Positions 41,695-51,361 of a stretch of DNA of 64,000 nt are shown in pieces. Location: the NCBI GenBank assembly GCA_964653555.1, contig CAZZFT010000010.1, forward strand, positions 6,389 through 70,388, written 5' to 3'. The translations under genes were made by a program, and so were the position numbers. The first letter of the stretch is position 1. Every line of letters starts with the position of its first letter. The stretch is from an uncultured Spirochaetales bacterium. Its GTDB lineage: Bacteria > Myxococcota_A > UBA9160 > SMWR01. The notes beneath the pieces are model-generated. The model was given only the letters and a program-made list of their open reading frames with translations, had not been told where the DNA came from and ran no database searches.

Positions 41695-43707
41695 ATGTGC
41701 GGAATCGCCGGCATCCTCCACGCCGACCGCGCCCGACCGGTCGACCCGGAGACGCTCGTCGCGATGGCGGCGATCCAGCACCACCGCGGTCCCGACGGCT
41801 TCGGCTGGCGCGCGCTGGAGGGCGTGGGAATGAGCCACGCGCGCCTGTCGATCATCGATCTCGACGAGGAGCGCGCCCGACAGCCCTTCACGAGCCGCGA
41901 CGGCAGTCTCCTGCTGGCGCACAACGGCGAGTTCTACGACTACAAGCGCCTTCGCGCGAACTTGTTCGCGCTCGGTGAGCGCTTCGACACCAAGAGCGAC
42001 TCCGAGCTCGTCCTGCACCTCGTGCCGCGGCTCGGTCTGGAAAGGACGCTGGCGGAGCTGCGCGGCGAGTTCGCCTTCGCGCTCTACGACCGCTCTCAGG
42101 ACACGCTGCATCTGGTTCGGGACCGCTTCGGCATCAAGCCGCTCTACTGGTGCTGCACCGGAGACACGCTGGTGTTCGGCTCGGAGCTCAAGGTGCTCTT
42201 CGCGCATCCCGAGGTTCCGCGGCGCTTCGATCCCGCCGGTCTCTACCACCAGCTCATGCAGGCGATCGTGCCCGGCTCGACGGCCTTCGAAGGCGTGCGT
42301 CAGGTGGCGCCCGGACACGTGCTGAGCGTGCGCCGGCGGGACGGCCGCTTCGCGATCGAGGATCGCCGCTACTGGGACATGCCCTTCCCCGAGGAGGGGG
42401 CCCACGCCGCCCTGTCGGACGAGCAGGCGATCGCTGCCGTGCGCGAGAAGCTGCTGGAGGCTGTGCAGCTGCGGCTCGAGGCCGACGTCCCGGTGGGTTG
42501 CTACCTCTCGGGCGGCATCGACTCCTGCTCGATCCTGGGCCTCGCTTCGGCCGCTCAGCAGTCGCCGGTCAAGGCCTTCACGATCGGCTTCGACAACGAC
42601 GACTACGACGAGACGCCGATCGCGCGCACGATGGCGGAGTCGGCGGGGGCCGACCAGGACGTACTGCGCCTCGACGCGACCCATCTCTACGACCACTTCG
42701 AAGAGACCCTCTGGCACACCGAGCGCACGATCTACAACACCCTCGCAGTGGCGAAGCTGTTGATGAGCCGTCACGTGAAGGAGGCGCGCTACAAGGTCGT
42801 GGTGACCGGGGAGGGCTCGGACGAGCTCTTCGCCGGCTACCCGGCGTTCCGCAACGATCTGTTCCTCCACGGTCTGGATCACATGCCGCCGACCGAGCGC
42901 CGGGAGTGGGAGAAGCTGCTGCACGAGAAGAACGCGCTGTTCAAGGGCGCGATGCTGGCGGAGAACGAGATCGCGGATCCCGCGCTCACGGAGCGCATCG
43001 GCTTCACGCCGGCCTGCCTCCAGCCGTGGCTGGCGGCGTCCCACCACGTGCCGGGCGTGCTGAACCGCGACCTGGCCGCGAAGCTCGAGGGCTACCAGCC
43101 GGGGCGGGCGATCGCAGAGACGCTCGACGCCGACGCGCTGGCCGGTCGACATCCCCTCGACCGGGCGCAGTACGTGTGGATCAAGACGATGCTCGAGGGA
43201 CAGATCCTCACCTGGGGCGGCGATCGGGTCGACATGGCGAACTCGATGGAGGCGCGCCCGGCCTTTCTCGATCACCATCTGGCCGAGCTCGCCGCGACGC
43301 TGCCGCCGACGGTTCGCATCCGCGGCCGTACCGAGAAGTGGGTGTTGCGCGAGGCGATGAAGGGCCTCTTGCCGCGCGTGCTCTACGAGCGCGAGAAGTT
43401 CGCGTTCATGGCGCCGCCCGCCCACACGGATCCGCGCAAGTGGGCCGCGATGCGCGGTCTGGCCGAGCGCCATCTCTCGCCGGCGGCGATCGAGGACGCG
43501 GGGCTACTCGACGCGGAGGGCGTCGCCGCGCTCTTCGCGCTGCACGACGCCCCCGACACCACGGTGGCGACGCGCAACACCCTCGACGCCGTGTTCAACC
43601 ACCTGATCGGCGTCCAGGTGCTGCACCGTCAGTTCGTCGCCAGCGACGTCCCGGCCCAGGCGCGCGAGCGCGCCCGGGAGCTCGGCTGGCGCGCTGAGGC
43701 GCGCTGA
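41695..43707 (+). CDS. asparagine synthase family glutamine-dependent amidotransferase (long AsnB/AsnO-like form)
   Basis: 670 aa, RBS GAGGAA. N-terminal nucleophile 'MCGIAG', then 'HRGPDG' and 'HNGEFYDY'. PP-loop 'CYLSGGIDSCSI'. Confidence 0.92.
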   Translation: MCGIAGILHADRARPVDPETLVAMAAIQHHRGPDGFGWRALEGVGMSHARLSIIDLDEERARQPFTSRDGSLLLAHNGEFYDYKRLRANLFALGERFDTKSDSELVLHLVPRLGLERTLAELRGEFAFALYDRSQDTLHLVRDRFGIKPLYWCCTGDTLVFGSELKVLFAHPEVPRRFDPAGLYHQLMQAIVPGSTAFEGVRQVAPGHVLSVRRRDGRFAIEDRRYWDMPFPEEGAHAALSDEQAIAAVREKLLEAVQLRLEADVPVGCYLSGGIDSCSILGLASAAQQSPVKAFTIGFDNDDYDETPIARTMAESAGADQDVLRLDATHLYDHFEETLWHTERTIYNTLAVAKLLMSRHVKEARYKVVVTGEGSDELFAGYPAFRNDLFLHGLDHMPPTERREWEKLLHEKNALFKGAMLAENEIADPALTERIGFTPACLQPWLAASHHVPGVLNRDLAAKLEGYQPGRAIAETLDADALAGRHPLDRAQYVWIKTMLEGQILTWGGDRVDMANSMEARPAFLDHHLAELAATLPPTVRIRGRTEKWVLREAMKGLLPRVLYEREKFAFMAPPAHTDPRKWAAMRGLAERHLSPAAIEDAGLLDAEGVAALFALHDAPDTTVATRNTLDAVFNHLIGVQVLHRQFVASDVPAQARERARELGWRAEAR

Positions 43708-43723
43708 CCGCGCGATCGCCCGG

Positions 43724-44863
<1,140 letters not shown>

Positions 44864-44916
44864 GATGCCTCCGAGAGAGCGGGCGGCCCAGCATACCGCA
44901 GCGCGCCGAGCCGCGA

Positions 44917-46365
44917 TCAGCCGCAGTCGTCGATCGCCGCGCGCAGGGAGCGCAGCTTCGCGCGGGCCTCGGCGTACTCGGCCTCGGGCGTCGAGTCGGC
45001 GACGATGCCCCCGCCCGTGTGCAGGTAGACCCGACCTCTCCGCACCAGGGCGGTGCGGATCACGACGCAGAGGTCGGCCCCTCCGCGCACGTCGAGGTAG
45101 CCGAGGGCGCCCGAGTAGAAGCCGCGCCGGACGGTCTCGAGCCCGTCGAGCACGCGCATCGCCGCGATCTTCGGTGCGCCGGTCATCGAGCCGGGCGGGA
45201 AGGTGGCGGCGACCGCGTCGAGGGCGTCGTGCTCGGGACGCAGTCGCCCGCGCACCGTCGACACCAGCTGGAACACCGACGCGTAGGGCTCCACCGAGAA
45301 GATTCCGGGCACCGCGATGGTGCCGGGCTCGCACACGCGTCCCAGGTCGTTGCGCACGAGGTCCACGATCATCACGTTCTCCGCCCGATCCTTGTCGGAG
45401 CAGGCCAGCGCCCGTCGCCGCGCGGCGTCCTCGGCGGGATGCGCGCCGCGGGAGGCGGTTCCCTTGATCGGCCGGCTCTCGACACCGCCGTCGGCGTCCA
45501 CGCGCAGGAAGCGCTCGGGAGAGCTGCTCGTGATCGCCACCTCGGGCAGGGCGAAGTGGGCGGCGAAGGGAGCCGGATCCCGCCGTCGCAGCGCGCGGTA
45601 GAGCCGCCACGGATCGCCCTCGAAGGACCGGTCGACGCGGTAGGTGAGACAGGCCTGGTAGATGCGACCGGCCGCGATCTGCTCGCCGATGTGCTCGACC
45701 GCCTTGCGGTAGTCGCCGATCTCGACGTCATCGCGGTCGGACGCTTCGCGTCGCTCCAGGGGTCTGGACCCGCGCGGCGGGCGGGTCGTCGGCCTCTCCA
45801 GCTTTCGCGCGAGGGACCGGGCCGCGATCTCCGCGCGCGCCCGCGCCCGGCTCGCGTCGACGGAGAAGCCGAGCCCCGACACCAGCGCGCTTCCGCACTC
45901 GTGGTCGAAGGCGACGATCGCGTCGACGAACAGCCACACTGCGTCGGGCAGTCCGAGATCGTCGGTGCCGTGCAATCGGTGCACGTCGAGCTGCTCGGCC
46001 AGCTCGTAGCCGAAGACGCCGACGGCTCCCCCGCAGAACGGGATCCCGGGATCGCACGGCGGCGCAGCGGGCATCAGCGCGCGGAGCGCCGGCAGCGTTG
46101 GGCCCACCGAGCTTGTCACGCCCGGAACCAGGCCTCCGTGTACGGCCCGCCGGCACTCCAGCTCGAGCGCGAGACCGCGGGCGCGCAGGACGAGATAGGG
46201 ATCGGCGCCGGCGAAGGAGAATCGGCCGATCTCGGGAAGCGGCAGGGCGCTCTCCAACAGCCAGGGCGCGTGCTCGCCGCGCAGCCGTTCGAAGACCCCG
46301 ACGGGGTCGAGGTCTCCGCCGAGGGGAAGCGAGAACTGGGCCGTCTGTCGCGGGGGAGCGGTCAT
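44917..46365 (-). CDS. chorismate-utilising enzyme, aminodeoxychorismate synthase component I (PabB)-like; anthranilate synthase I not excluded
   Basis: 482 aa from the ATG at 46365 (RBS GGAAAGG). Has '[10 protein letters not shown]', 'RPIKGT', '[19 protein letters not shown]', '[11 protein letters not shown]' and '[10 protein letters not shown]'. No glutaminase subunit is adjacent. Confidence 0.85.
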   Translation of the reverse strand: MTAPPRQTAQFSLPLGGDLDPVGVFERLRGEHAPWLLESALPLPEIGRFSFAGADPYLVLRARGLALELECRRAVHGGLVPGVTSSVGPTLPALRALMPAAPPCDPGIPFCGGAVGVFGYELAEQLDVHRLHGTDDLGLPDAVWLFVDAIVAFDHECGSALVSGLGFSVDASRARARAEIAARSLARKLERPTTRPPRGSRPLERREASDRDDVEIGDYRKAVEHIGEQIAAGRIYQACLTYRVDRSFEGDPWRLYRALRRRDPAPFAAHFALPEVAITSSSPERFLRVDADGGVESRPIKGTASRGAHPAEDAARRRALACSDKDRAENVMIVDLVRNDLGRVCEPGTIAVPGIFSVEPYASVFQLVSTVRGRLRPEHDALDAVAATFPPGSMTGAPKIAAMRVLDGLETVRRGFYSGALGYLDVRGGADLCVVIRTALVRRGRVYLHTGGGIVADSTPEAEYAEARAKLRSLRAAIDDCG

Positions 46366-46449
46366 CGCGCCTTTCCGTGGCAACCGTATCGCAGGCGATC
46401 GGCGCGCAGCGAGCCTCGGCAGGCCGAGGGCATGGGCTAGCATCGCCGG

Positions 46450-47304
46450 ATGGATCGCACGTGCTACTTCCATGCCGGCTGTCCCGACGGCTTCGGTGCC
46501 GCCTGGTCGGTATGGAGAGCGTGGGGCGACGACGCCCGCTACATCCCACGCGGTCACGAGCCCGTCCCGAATCCGCGCTCCCACGTCGGCGACACGGTCG
46601 TGTTCGTCGACATCGCGCCCGACAACCGATACCTGTCCGAGCTCGCGGAGAATGCCGCACAGGTGGTCGTGCTCGATCACCATCTCAGCGCCCGCAACCG
46701 CTACCTCGCCGACCCGGCCGTCGCGAATCGGGTGGAGGAGGGCGGACACCGCATCGTGTTCGATCTCGCTCACTCGGGCGCGGTCCTCGCCTGGAGCTAC
46801 TTCCATCCCGAGGCCTCGCTCCCTCCGCTGCTCCAGTACGTCCAGGACCAGGACCTCTGGCACTGGCGTCTGCCGCGCTCGGAGGAGGTGAATGCCGCGA
46901 TCGGCTCGCACCCGCGCGAGTTCGCGGTGTGGGACGAGCTCGCCGGGCGCAGCCCGGAGGACCTGGCGCGCGAAGGCGCCCCGATCCTGCGCGCTCAGCG
47001 GGCCGAGATGTTGCGCACTCTCCAGAGCGCGCACCCGATCGCCGTGGGCGAGTACCGCGTGGAGGCGGTGAACGCCCAGCAGAACCGCAGCCACATCGGC
47101 CACGAGCTGGCAAAGCGCGCCGCCTTCGGGAATCCGATCGGTGTCGTCTACCGGGTGACCGGATCCCAGGTGGATGCCTCGATCTACTCGATCGGCGACG
47201 TCGACGTCTCCGCGATTGCCCACCGCTATGGAGGCGGTGGGCACCGCAACGCCTCCGGCTTCAGCGTCTCCCTGCGCATCTGGCTGGAGGACTTCTGCTG
47301 CTAG
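46450..47304 (+). CDS. DHH/DHHA1-family phosphoesterase
   Basis: 284 aa. Has 'YFHAGCPDGFGAA', the DHH motif 'VVVLDHHLS' and the DHHA1 motif 'YGGGGHRNASGF'. Confidence 0.85.
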   Translation: MDRTCYFHAGCPDGFGAAWSVWRAWGDDARYIPRGHEPVPNPRSHVGDTVVFVDIAPDNRYLSELAENAAQVVVLDHHLSARNRYLADPAVANRVEEGGHRIVFDLAHSGAVLAWSYFHPEASLPPLLQYVQDQDLWHWRLPRSEEVNAAIGSHPREFAVWDELAGRSPEDLAREGAPILRAQRAEMLRTLQSAHPIAVGEYRVEAVNAQQNRSHIGHELAKRAAFGNPIGVVYRVTGSQVDASIYSIGDVDVSAIAHRYGGGGHRNASGFSVSLRIWLEDFCC

Positions 47305-47618
47305 TCCCCCTTCGCTCGTCGAGGCGGCTGGAGCGGCGGGTGCTCGAGCGTCTCCCACTCCGAAGGTGTGAAGGTCCGCATGGCGAGCGCGTGGATCTCG
47401 CCGCCCATCTCCTCCGCGAGCGCGGCGTAGACCAGTCTCTGGCGCGCGACGCGCGAGAGACCCTCGAAGCGATCGGAGACGATGATGGCGCGGTAGTGGC
47501 CACCGCCGGACGCGGCGCCGGCGTGTCCGGCGTGCAGGTGGCTCTCGTCGACCAGGTCGAGGTGGCGCGCGTCCAGCGCCTCGCGCAGTCGGCTCTCGAT
47601 ACGGTGGTGCCGGTCCAT
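47301..47618 (-). CDS. bolA: BolA-family protein
   Basis: 105 aa from the ATG at 47618. Has 'LDLVDESHLHAGHAG', 'HYRAIIVSDRFEGLSRVARQRLVYAAL' and 'IHALAMRTFTPSEW'. It is the tail of track ORF 47301..48632. Confidence 0.85.
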   Translation of the reverse strand: MDRHHRIESRLREALDARHLDLVDESHLHAGHAGAASGGGHYRAIIVSDRFEGLSRVARQRLVYAALAEEMGGEIHALAMRTFTPSEWETLEHPPLQPPRRAKGD

Positions 47619-47699
47619 CGCGCCCGACTCTAGCTCGGGCCTGACGCGGATTCCGGCCGCCGCAGTGCTCGCAGGGCGACACGCGCTCGCCGGCGCGCG

Positions 47700-48458
47700 A
47701 TGATCGCGGGAATGGCGAATCCCCTTACCGCTGCGCAGGGGTCCCGCAGGAAGGCGCTCGCGGCGCGCGTCGCCGCCGTGGACTGGGAGTCGGTCCACGA
47801 GGCCCTGGATCACTGGGGCTTCGCGCGCATCCCGCGCCTGCTGGCCGCGCGCGAGTGCGCGGAGCTCGCGTCGCTCTACGATTCGGACGCCCGCTTCCGC
47901 AAGACGGTCTCGATGGACGCGCACCGCTTCGGCAGCGGGGAGTACCGCTACCTGCGCTACCCGCTCCCGACCCTGGTGCAGGATCTCCGTCAGGGCCTGT
48001 ATCCGCCGCTGGCGCGGATCGCGAATGTCTGGCAGACGCGTCTCGGCGACCCGCATCGCTACGAGCCCACGCTCTCGCGCTTCCTGGGTCGCTGTCACGC
48101 CCGCGGGCAATCGCGACCGACGCCGCTCCTGCTCCGCTACGTGGCTGGCGGCTTCAACAACCTGCACCAGGATCTGTACGGTCCGCTCGCCTTTCCGCTC
48201 CAGGTCACCGTGCTGCTCTCCCGCCCGCGCATCGACTTCGAGGGCGGCGAGTTCCTGCTGGTCGAGCAGCGACCGCGACAGCAGTCGCGCGGCTGTGCCG
48301 TCGCTCTCGAGCGCGGGGAGGCGATCGTCTTCGCCACGCGCGAGAGGCCGGTAGACGGAGCGCGCGGTCCCTACCGCGCCGCCGTTCGCCACGGCGTGAG
48401 TCCGCTGCTGGGTGGCCGACGGACCGCGCTCGGCATCATCTTCCACGACGCTGCCTGA
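47700..48458 (+). CDS. 2-oxoglutarate/Fe(II)-dependent oxygenase (prolyl-hydroxylase-like superfamily)
   Basis: 252 aa. HxD 'NLHQDLY', distal His 'AAVRHGVS' and 'GGEFLLVEQRP'. Resembles the 2OG-oxygenase family often annotated next to alkylation-repair genes. Confidence 0.8.
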   Translation: MIAGMANPLTAAQGSRRKALAARVAAVDWESVHEALDHWGFARIPRLLAARECAELASLYDSDARFRKTVSMDAHRFGSGEYRYLRYPLPTLVQDLRQGLYPPLARIANVWQTRLGDPHRYEPTLSRFLGRCHARGQSRPTPLLLRYVAGGFNNLHQDLYGPLAFPLQVTVLLSRPRIDFEGGEFLLVEQRPRQQSRGCAVALERGEAIVFATRERPVDGARGPYRAAVRHGVSPLLGGRRTALGIIFHDAA

Positions 48459-48484
48459 GCCGGGAGGGCGCATCCCGGGCCGCG

Positions 48485-49093
48485 TCAGCGGGCCAGGCGC
48501 TCCTGCGCCGCCGCGGCCACTTCGGGCATTCCCAGCTCTTCGCCGAGCCGGCGGGCCTCCTCGAGCGACTCCCGCGCGCGGCGGAGCTCGGTGCGCCGGG
48601 CGAGCAGCGCACCGCGCTCGAGCGCGATCCACGCCCGGGTGGGCCGGGCCCCGAGGGCCTCCGCCGCCTCCGCCGCCTCGGCCAGGTGGACGAGCGCCTC
48701 GGCGCCCTCGCCCCGAAGCGCGAACAGCCGCCCGCGCGCGAACTCGATCGGGCCGCCGTAGCAGACCGGAACGGCCAACACGCCGTGGTGGTGCGAGACC
48801 GGAGCCAGCAGATCGAGGAGGGTCTCGGCGCGCTCCTCCTCACCGAGATCCGCACACAGGTGGGCGGTCTCGGCGAGGGTGTTCGTCCACCGGATGTTGC
48901 GCGGGATGCCGGAGAAATCGCCGCCGGCCAGGACTTCGAAGTGTCGGCGGGCGTCGTCGAGGCGCCCGAGGGCGACCAGCGATCGGGCGATCACCGCCCT
49001 CACGTAGTGCGTGGCGCCGCGTTCGGCGCCCAGACCGCGTTCGAAGATCCGGATCACCTCCTCGTGCGCACCCCGGGCGCGGGCGAGACCCAC
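48485..49093 (-). CDS. TPR-like helical-repeat protein; looks like the detached C-terminal ~200 aa of a large ATPase/TPR signal-transduction regulator
   Basis: 202 aa from the GTG at 49093. The frame is open and homolog-like ('...EQALWFGRRIGHPYARACYDAHGV') a further 33 codons upstream to a TAA at 49193-49195, with no start codon there. The C-terminus 'HLAEAAEAAEALGARPTRAWIALERGALLARR...EEARRLGEELGMPEV' is typical of the tail of ~1000-aa AAA/TPR (LuxR/cyclase-type) regulators. Confidence 0.5.
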   Translation of the reverse strand: MGLARARGAHEEVIRIFERGLGAERGATHYVRAVIARSLVALGRLDDARRHFEVLAGGDFSGIPRNIRWTNTLAETAHLCADLGEEERAETLLDLLAPVSHHHGVLAVPVCYGGPIEFARGRLFALRGEGAEALVHLAEAAEAAEALGARPTRAWIALERGALLARRTELRRARESLEEARRLGEELGMPEVAAAAQERLAR

Positions 49094-49214
49094 GCCGTGT
49101 GCGTCGTAACAGGCCCGAGCGTAGGGGTGCCCGATCCGGCGCCCGAACCAGAGCGCCTGCTCCGTGATCCGGTGCGACCGGGCGGGTCGCCGTTACCGCT
49201 CGCCTACCATTTCC

Positions 49215-49688
49215 CTACCTGTCGTCCCGCTTCCCGCCCTCCCGAGGGGTGGTCACCGGGATCGCGCGCACCTCCGGAGCTGGGCCCTTGGGCAGCGCGA
49301 CCGTCAGGATCCCGTCGCGGTAGACGGCCCTCGCCGCGTCCGCATCGAACCCGGCGGGCAGCCGCAGCGAGCGCCGGAACCCGCCGAGGAGGGTCCCCGC
49401 GTGTCGCAGAGTCGGGGTCGGAGGCTCCGACGCCTCGGCGGGCTCGCCGCGGATCGTCAGCACGCCGTCTTCCAGGTAGACCTCGATCTCCCGCTCCCCG
49501 AATCCCGGGAGCGCGGCAGCGACGCGGAGCTCGGCCTCGGTGACGTCGATCGGGGGCGCAAAGGCGCAGGCGCGCGTCGCCACGACGAAGCCGTGCCACA
49601 CCGATGCGAAGAGGCGATCGAAGTCGCCCCACGCCATCACAGACCTGGGTCCGGAGAGGTGTCGGGAAACGATCAGGTGGTGGGTCAT
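49215..49688 (-). CDS. Hsp20/alpha-crystallin family small heat-shock protein
   Basis: 157 aa, RBS GAGGAGG. Has 'PPIDVTEAELRVAAALPGFGEREIEVYLEDGVLTIRGE' and 'YRDGILTVALPK'. Confidence 0.92.
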   Translation of the reverse strand: MTHHLIVSRHLSGPRSVMAWGDFDRLFASVWHGFVVATRACAFAPPIDVTEAELRVAAALPGFGEREIEVYLEDGVLTIRGEPAEASEPPTPTLRHAGTLLGGFRRSLRLPAGFDADAARAVYRDGILTVALPKGPAPEVRAIPVTTPREGGKRDDR

Positions 49689-49740
49689 CGGGCCTCCTCT
49701 TCGCGCTGCGGTCGCTGCCGCTCGGGCGCGAAGCGCGGCA

Positions 49741-49768
49741 ACCCTAAGCGGAGGCGGGGCAGCGTCAA
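49741..49768 (-). promoter_or_regulatory. candidate promoter of the hsp20 gene
   Basis: The minus strand reads TTGACG (49768-49763), then 16 nt, then TAGGGT (49746-49741), about 50 nt upstream of the ATG at 49688. The leader contains an 8-bp stem: CTTCGCGC pairs with GCGCGAAG (plus-strand coordinates 49726-49733 and 49699-49706). The stem ends directly at the SD. Confidence 0.35.
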
Positions 49769-49793
49769 GCCGCTGCGGCCCGCCCGGGACCGC

Positions 49794-50987
49794 TCACACC
49801 ACGCCCGAGGCCGCGAGCCGCTCGAGCTCCGCGGGGGAGAGTCCCAGCTCCCCGTAGACCTCGGCATTGTGCTCTCCCAGCTCGGGCGCCAGGGCGCGCG
49901 AGCGGGGCTCCATCTCGGAGAAGCGGAGAGGGTTGCCGTGGAAGGTCACCTCCCCGAGTGAGGGGTGGGGATGGCGCTCGACCATTCCGCGTGCGATCAG
50001 CTGCGGGTCGGCGACGAGATCCTCGGGCGCGGAGACCCGGGCGCAGGGGAGGTCGGCCCCCTCGGGTCCGAGCGCGCGCAGCACCTCTGCAACGCTTCGC
50101 TCCCGAACCCAGTCGGCCACGAGACCGTTGATCTCGGCGCGGTTCGCCGCCCGGGCGCGGTGATTGCGAAAGCGCTCGTCGCGTCCCAGCTCGGGCCGTC
50201 CGATCGCCTCGCACAGGGAACGGAACAGCTTGTTGCTCGCGGTGGCGATCGCCACCCAGCCGTCCCTGGCCTGCACGGCGTCGTAGGGGGACGCGAAGGG
50301 GTGTTGGTTCCCGAGCCGCGTCGTCACCGCACCGATTGCCGCGTGAATCGAGGCCGCCGAATCGGTGATCGCGAAGATCGCGTCCTGGTTCGAGAGGTCG
50401 AGCACCCGCGCACGTCCGGTGCGGTCCCGCTCGAGCAGCGCGGCCACGACCCCGAGTCCCAGGTACAGGCCCCCGACGAAATCGGCGAGTGCGCCGCCGG
50501 CGCGCGTCGGCGGTCCGTCGGGGAAGCCGGTCATCGCCATCAGCCCGCCGGTCGCCTGGGCGACGATGTCGTAGGAGGCGCGTCCGGCGGCGGGTCCCGT
50601 CTGACCGAAGCCCGACAGCGAGGCCACCACGCAGCGCGGATTGCGCGCCTGGATCACCTCCGGCGCCAGGCCCTGGCGCGAGAGCCAGCCCGCGCGGAAG
50701 TTCTCCACCACGGCGTCGGCGCGCTCGACGAGGCGCAGGAAGAGAGCGCGCCCCTCGGCGCCACGGACGTCGAGGGTGATCGACCGCTTGCCGCGGTTCG
50801 TATTCTGGAAGGAGAGCGACGTCTCCCCTTCCGGTGACGGTCCGTGGCGGTAGTCGTCTCCGACGCCGGGGCGCTCCACCTTGATCACGTCGGCGCCGAG
50901 ATCGGCGAGCACCGCCGTCGCGAAGGGCCCGGCGACGACGCGCGACAGGTCGAGGATCCGCAGGCCTTCGAGAACGCGCCCCGCCAT
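49794..50987 (-). CDS. family III CoA-transferase (CaiB/BaiF)
   Basis: 397 aa. Has 'GLRILDLSRVVAGPFATAVLADLGADVIKVERP', 'NRGKRSITLDV' and 'SYDIVAQATGGLM'. Confidence 0.9.
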   Translation of the reverse strand: MAGRVLEGLRILDLSRVVAGPFATAVLADLGADVIKVERPGVGDDYRHGPSPEGETSLSFQNTNRGKRSITLDVRGAEGRALFLRLVERADAVVENFRAGWLSRQGLAPEVIQARNPRCVVASLSGFGQTGPAAGRASYDIVAQATGGLMAMTGFPDGPPTRAGGALADFVGGLYLGLGVVAALLERDRTGRARVLDLSNQDAIFAITDSAASIHAAIGAVTTRLGNQHPFASPYDAVQARDGWVAIATASNKLFRSLCEAIGRPELGRDERFRNHRARAANRAEINGLVADWVRERSVAEVLRALGPEGADLPCARVSAPEDLVADPQLIARGMVERHPHPSLGEVTFHGNPLRFSEMEPRSRALAPELGEHNAEVYGELGLSPAELERLAASGVV

Positions 50988-51037
50988 GATGGCGGCAACG
51001 TAGCATCGGCCGCGAGGAACGACGTACGCTGGCGCGC

Positions 51038-51361
51038 GTGGCGAGCTTCTCCGGGTGCCGTATCTGCGTGGGCTTCGACGATGGCCGGCCGGACTTCGAG
51101 GACGAGGACTCGGACCTGCAGCTGGCCGACGGCCAGCTGCTGATCTCCTACTGGGACGAGCGCGGGGTCGTGGTGCTGGTGGGCCGCGAGGTGGAGCCCG
51201 GTCTGTTCCAGCTCGTGGCCCGCAGCCGTCCGCGCCGCTGTACGCTGCGGCGCGAGGGCTCGCGCACCCTCATCGGCACCTGGGTGGAGGGAGAGGAAGC
51301 CGGTGTCCTGCGGGTGGAGATTCCCGCCGCGGGCGCGGCGCAGCTGGAGGAGAACCGATGA
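51038..51361 (+). CDS. small hypothetical protein translationally coupled to the amidase
   Basis: 107 aa, GTG start. Hand-counted third-position G+C is about 91%, which is coding-like. Its stop overlaps the amidase ATG (ATGA at 51358-51361). I recognise no family. Confidence 0.6.
   Translation: MASFSGCRICVGFDDGRPDFEDEDSDLQLADGQLLISYWDERGVVVLVGREVEPGLFQLVARSRPRRCTLRREGSRTLIGTWVEGEEAGVLRVEIPAAGAAQLEENR

Noticed and set aside
47301-47304. Convergent DHH and bolA genes share a palindromic CTAG, so that both stop codons (TAG) overlap
   Set aside because: This is a neat geometry, but it is expected occasionally in compact genomes. There is no reason to infer function.
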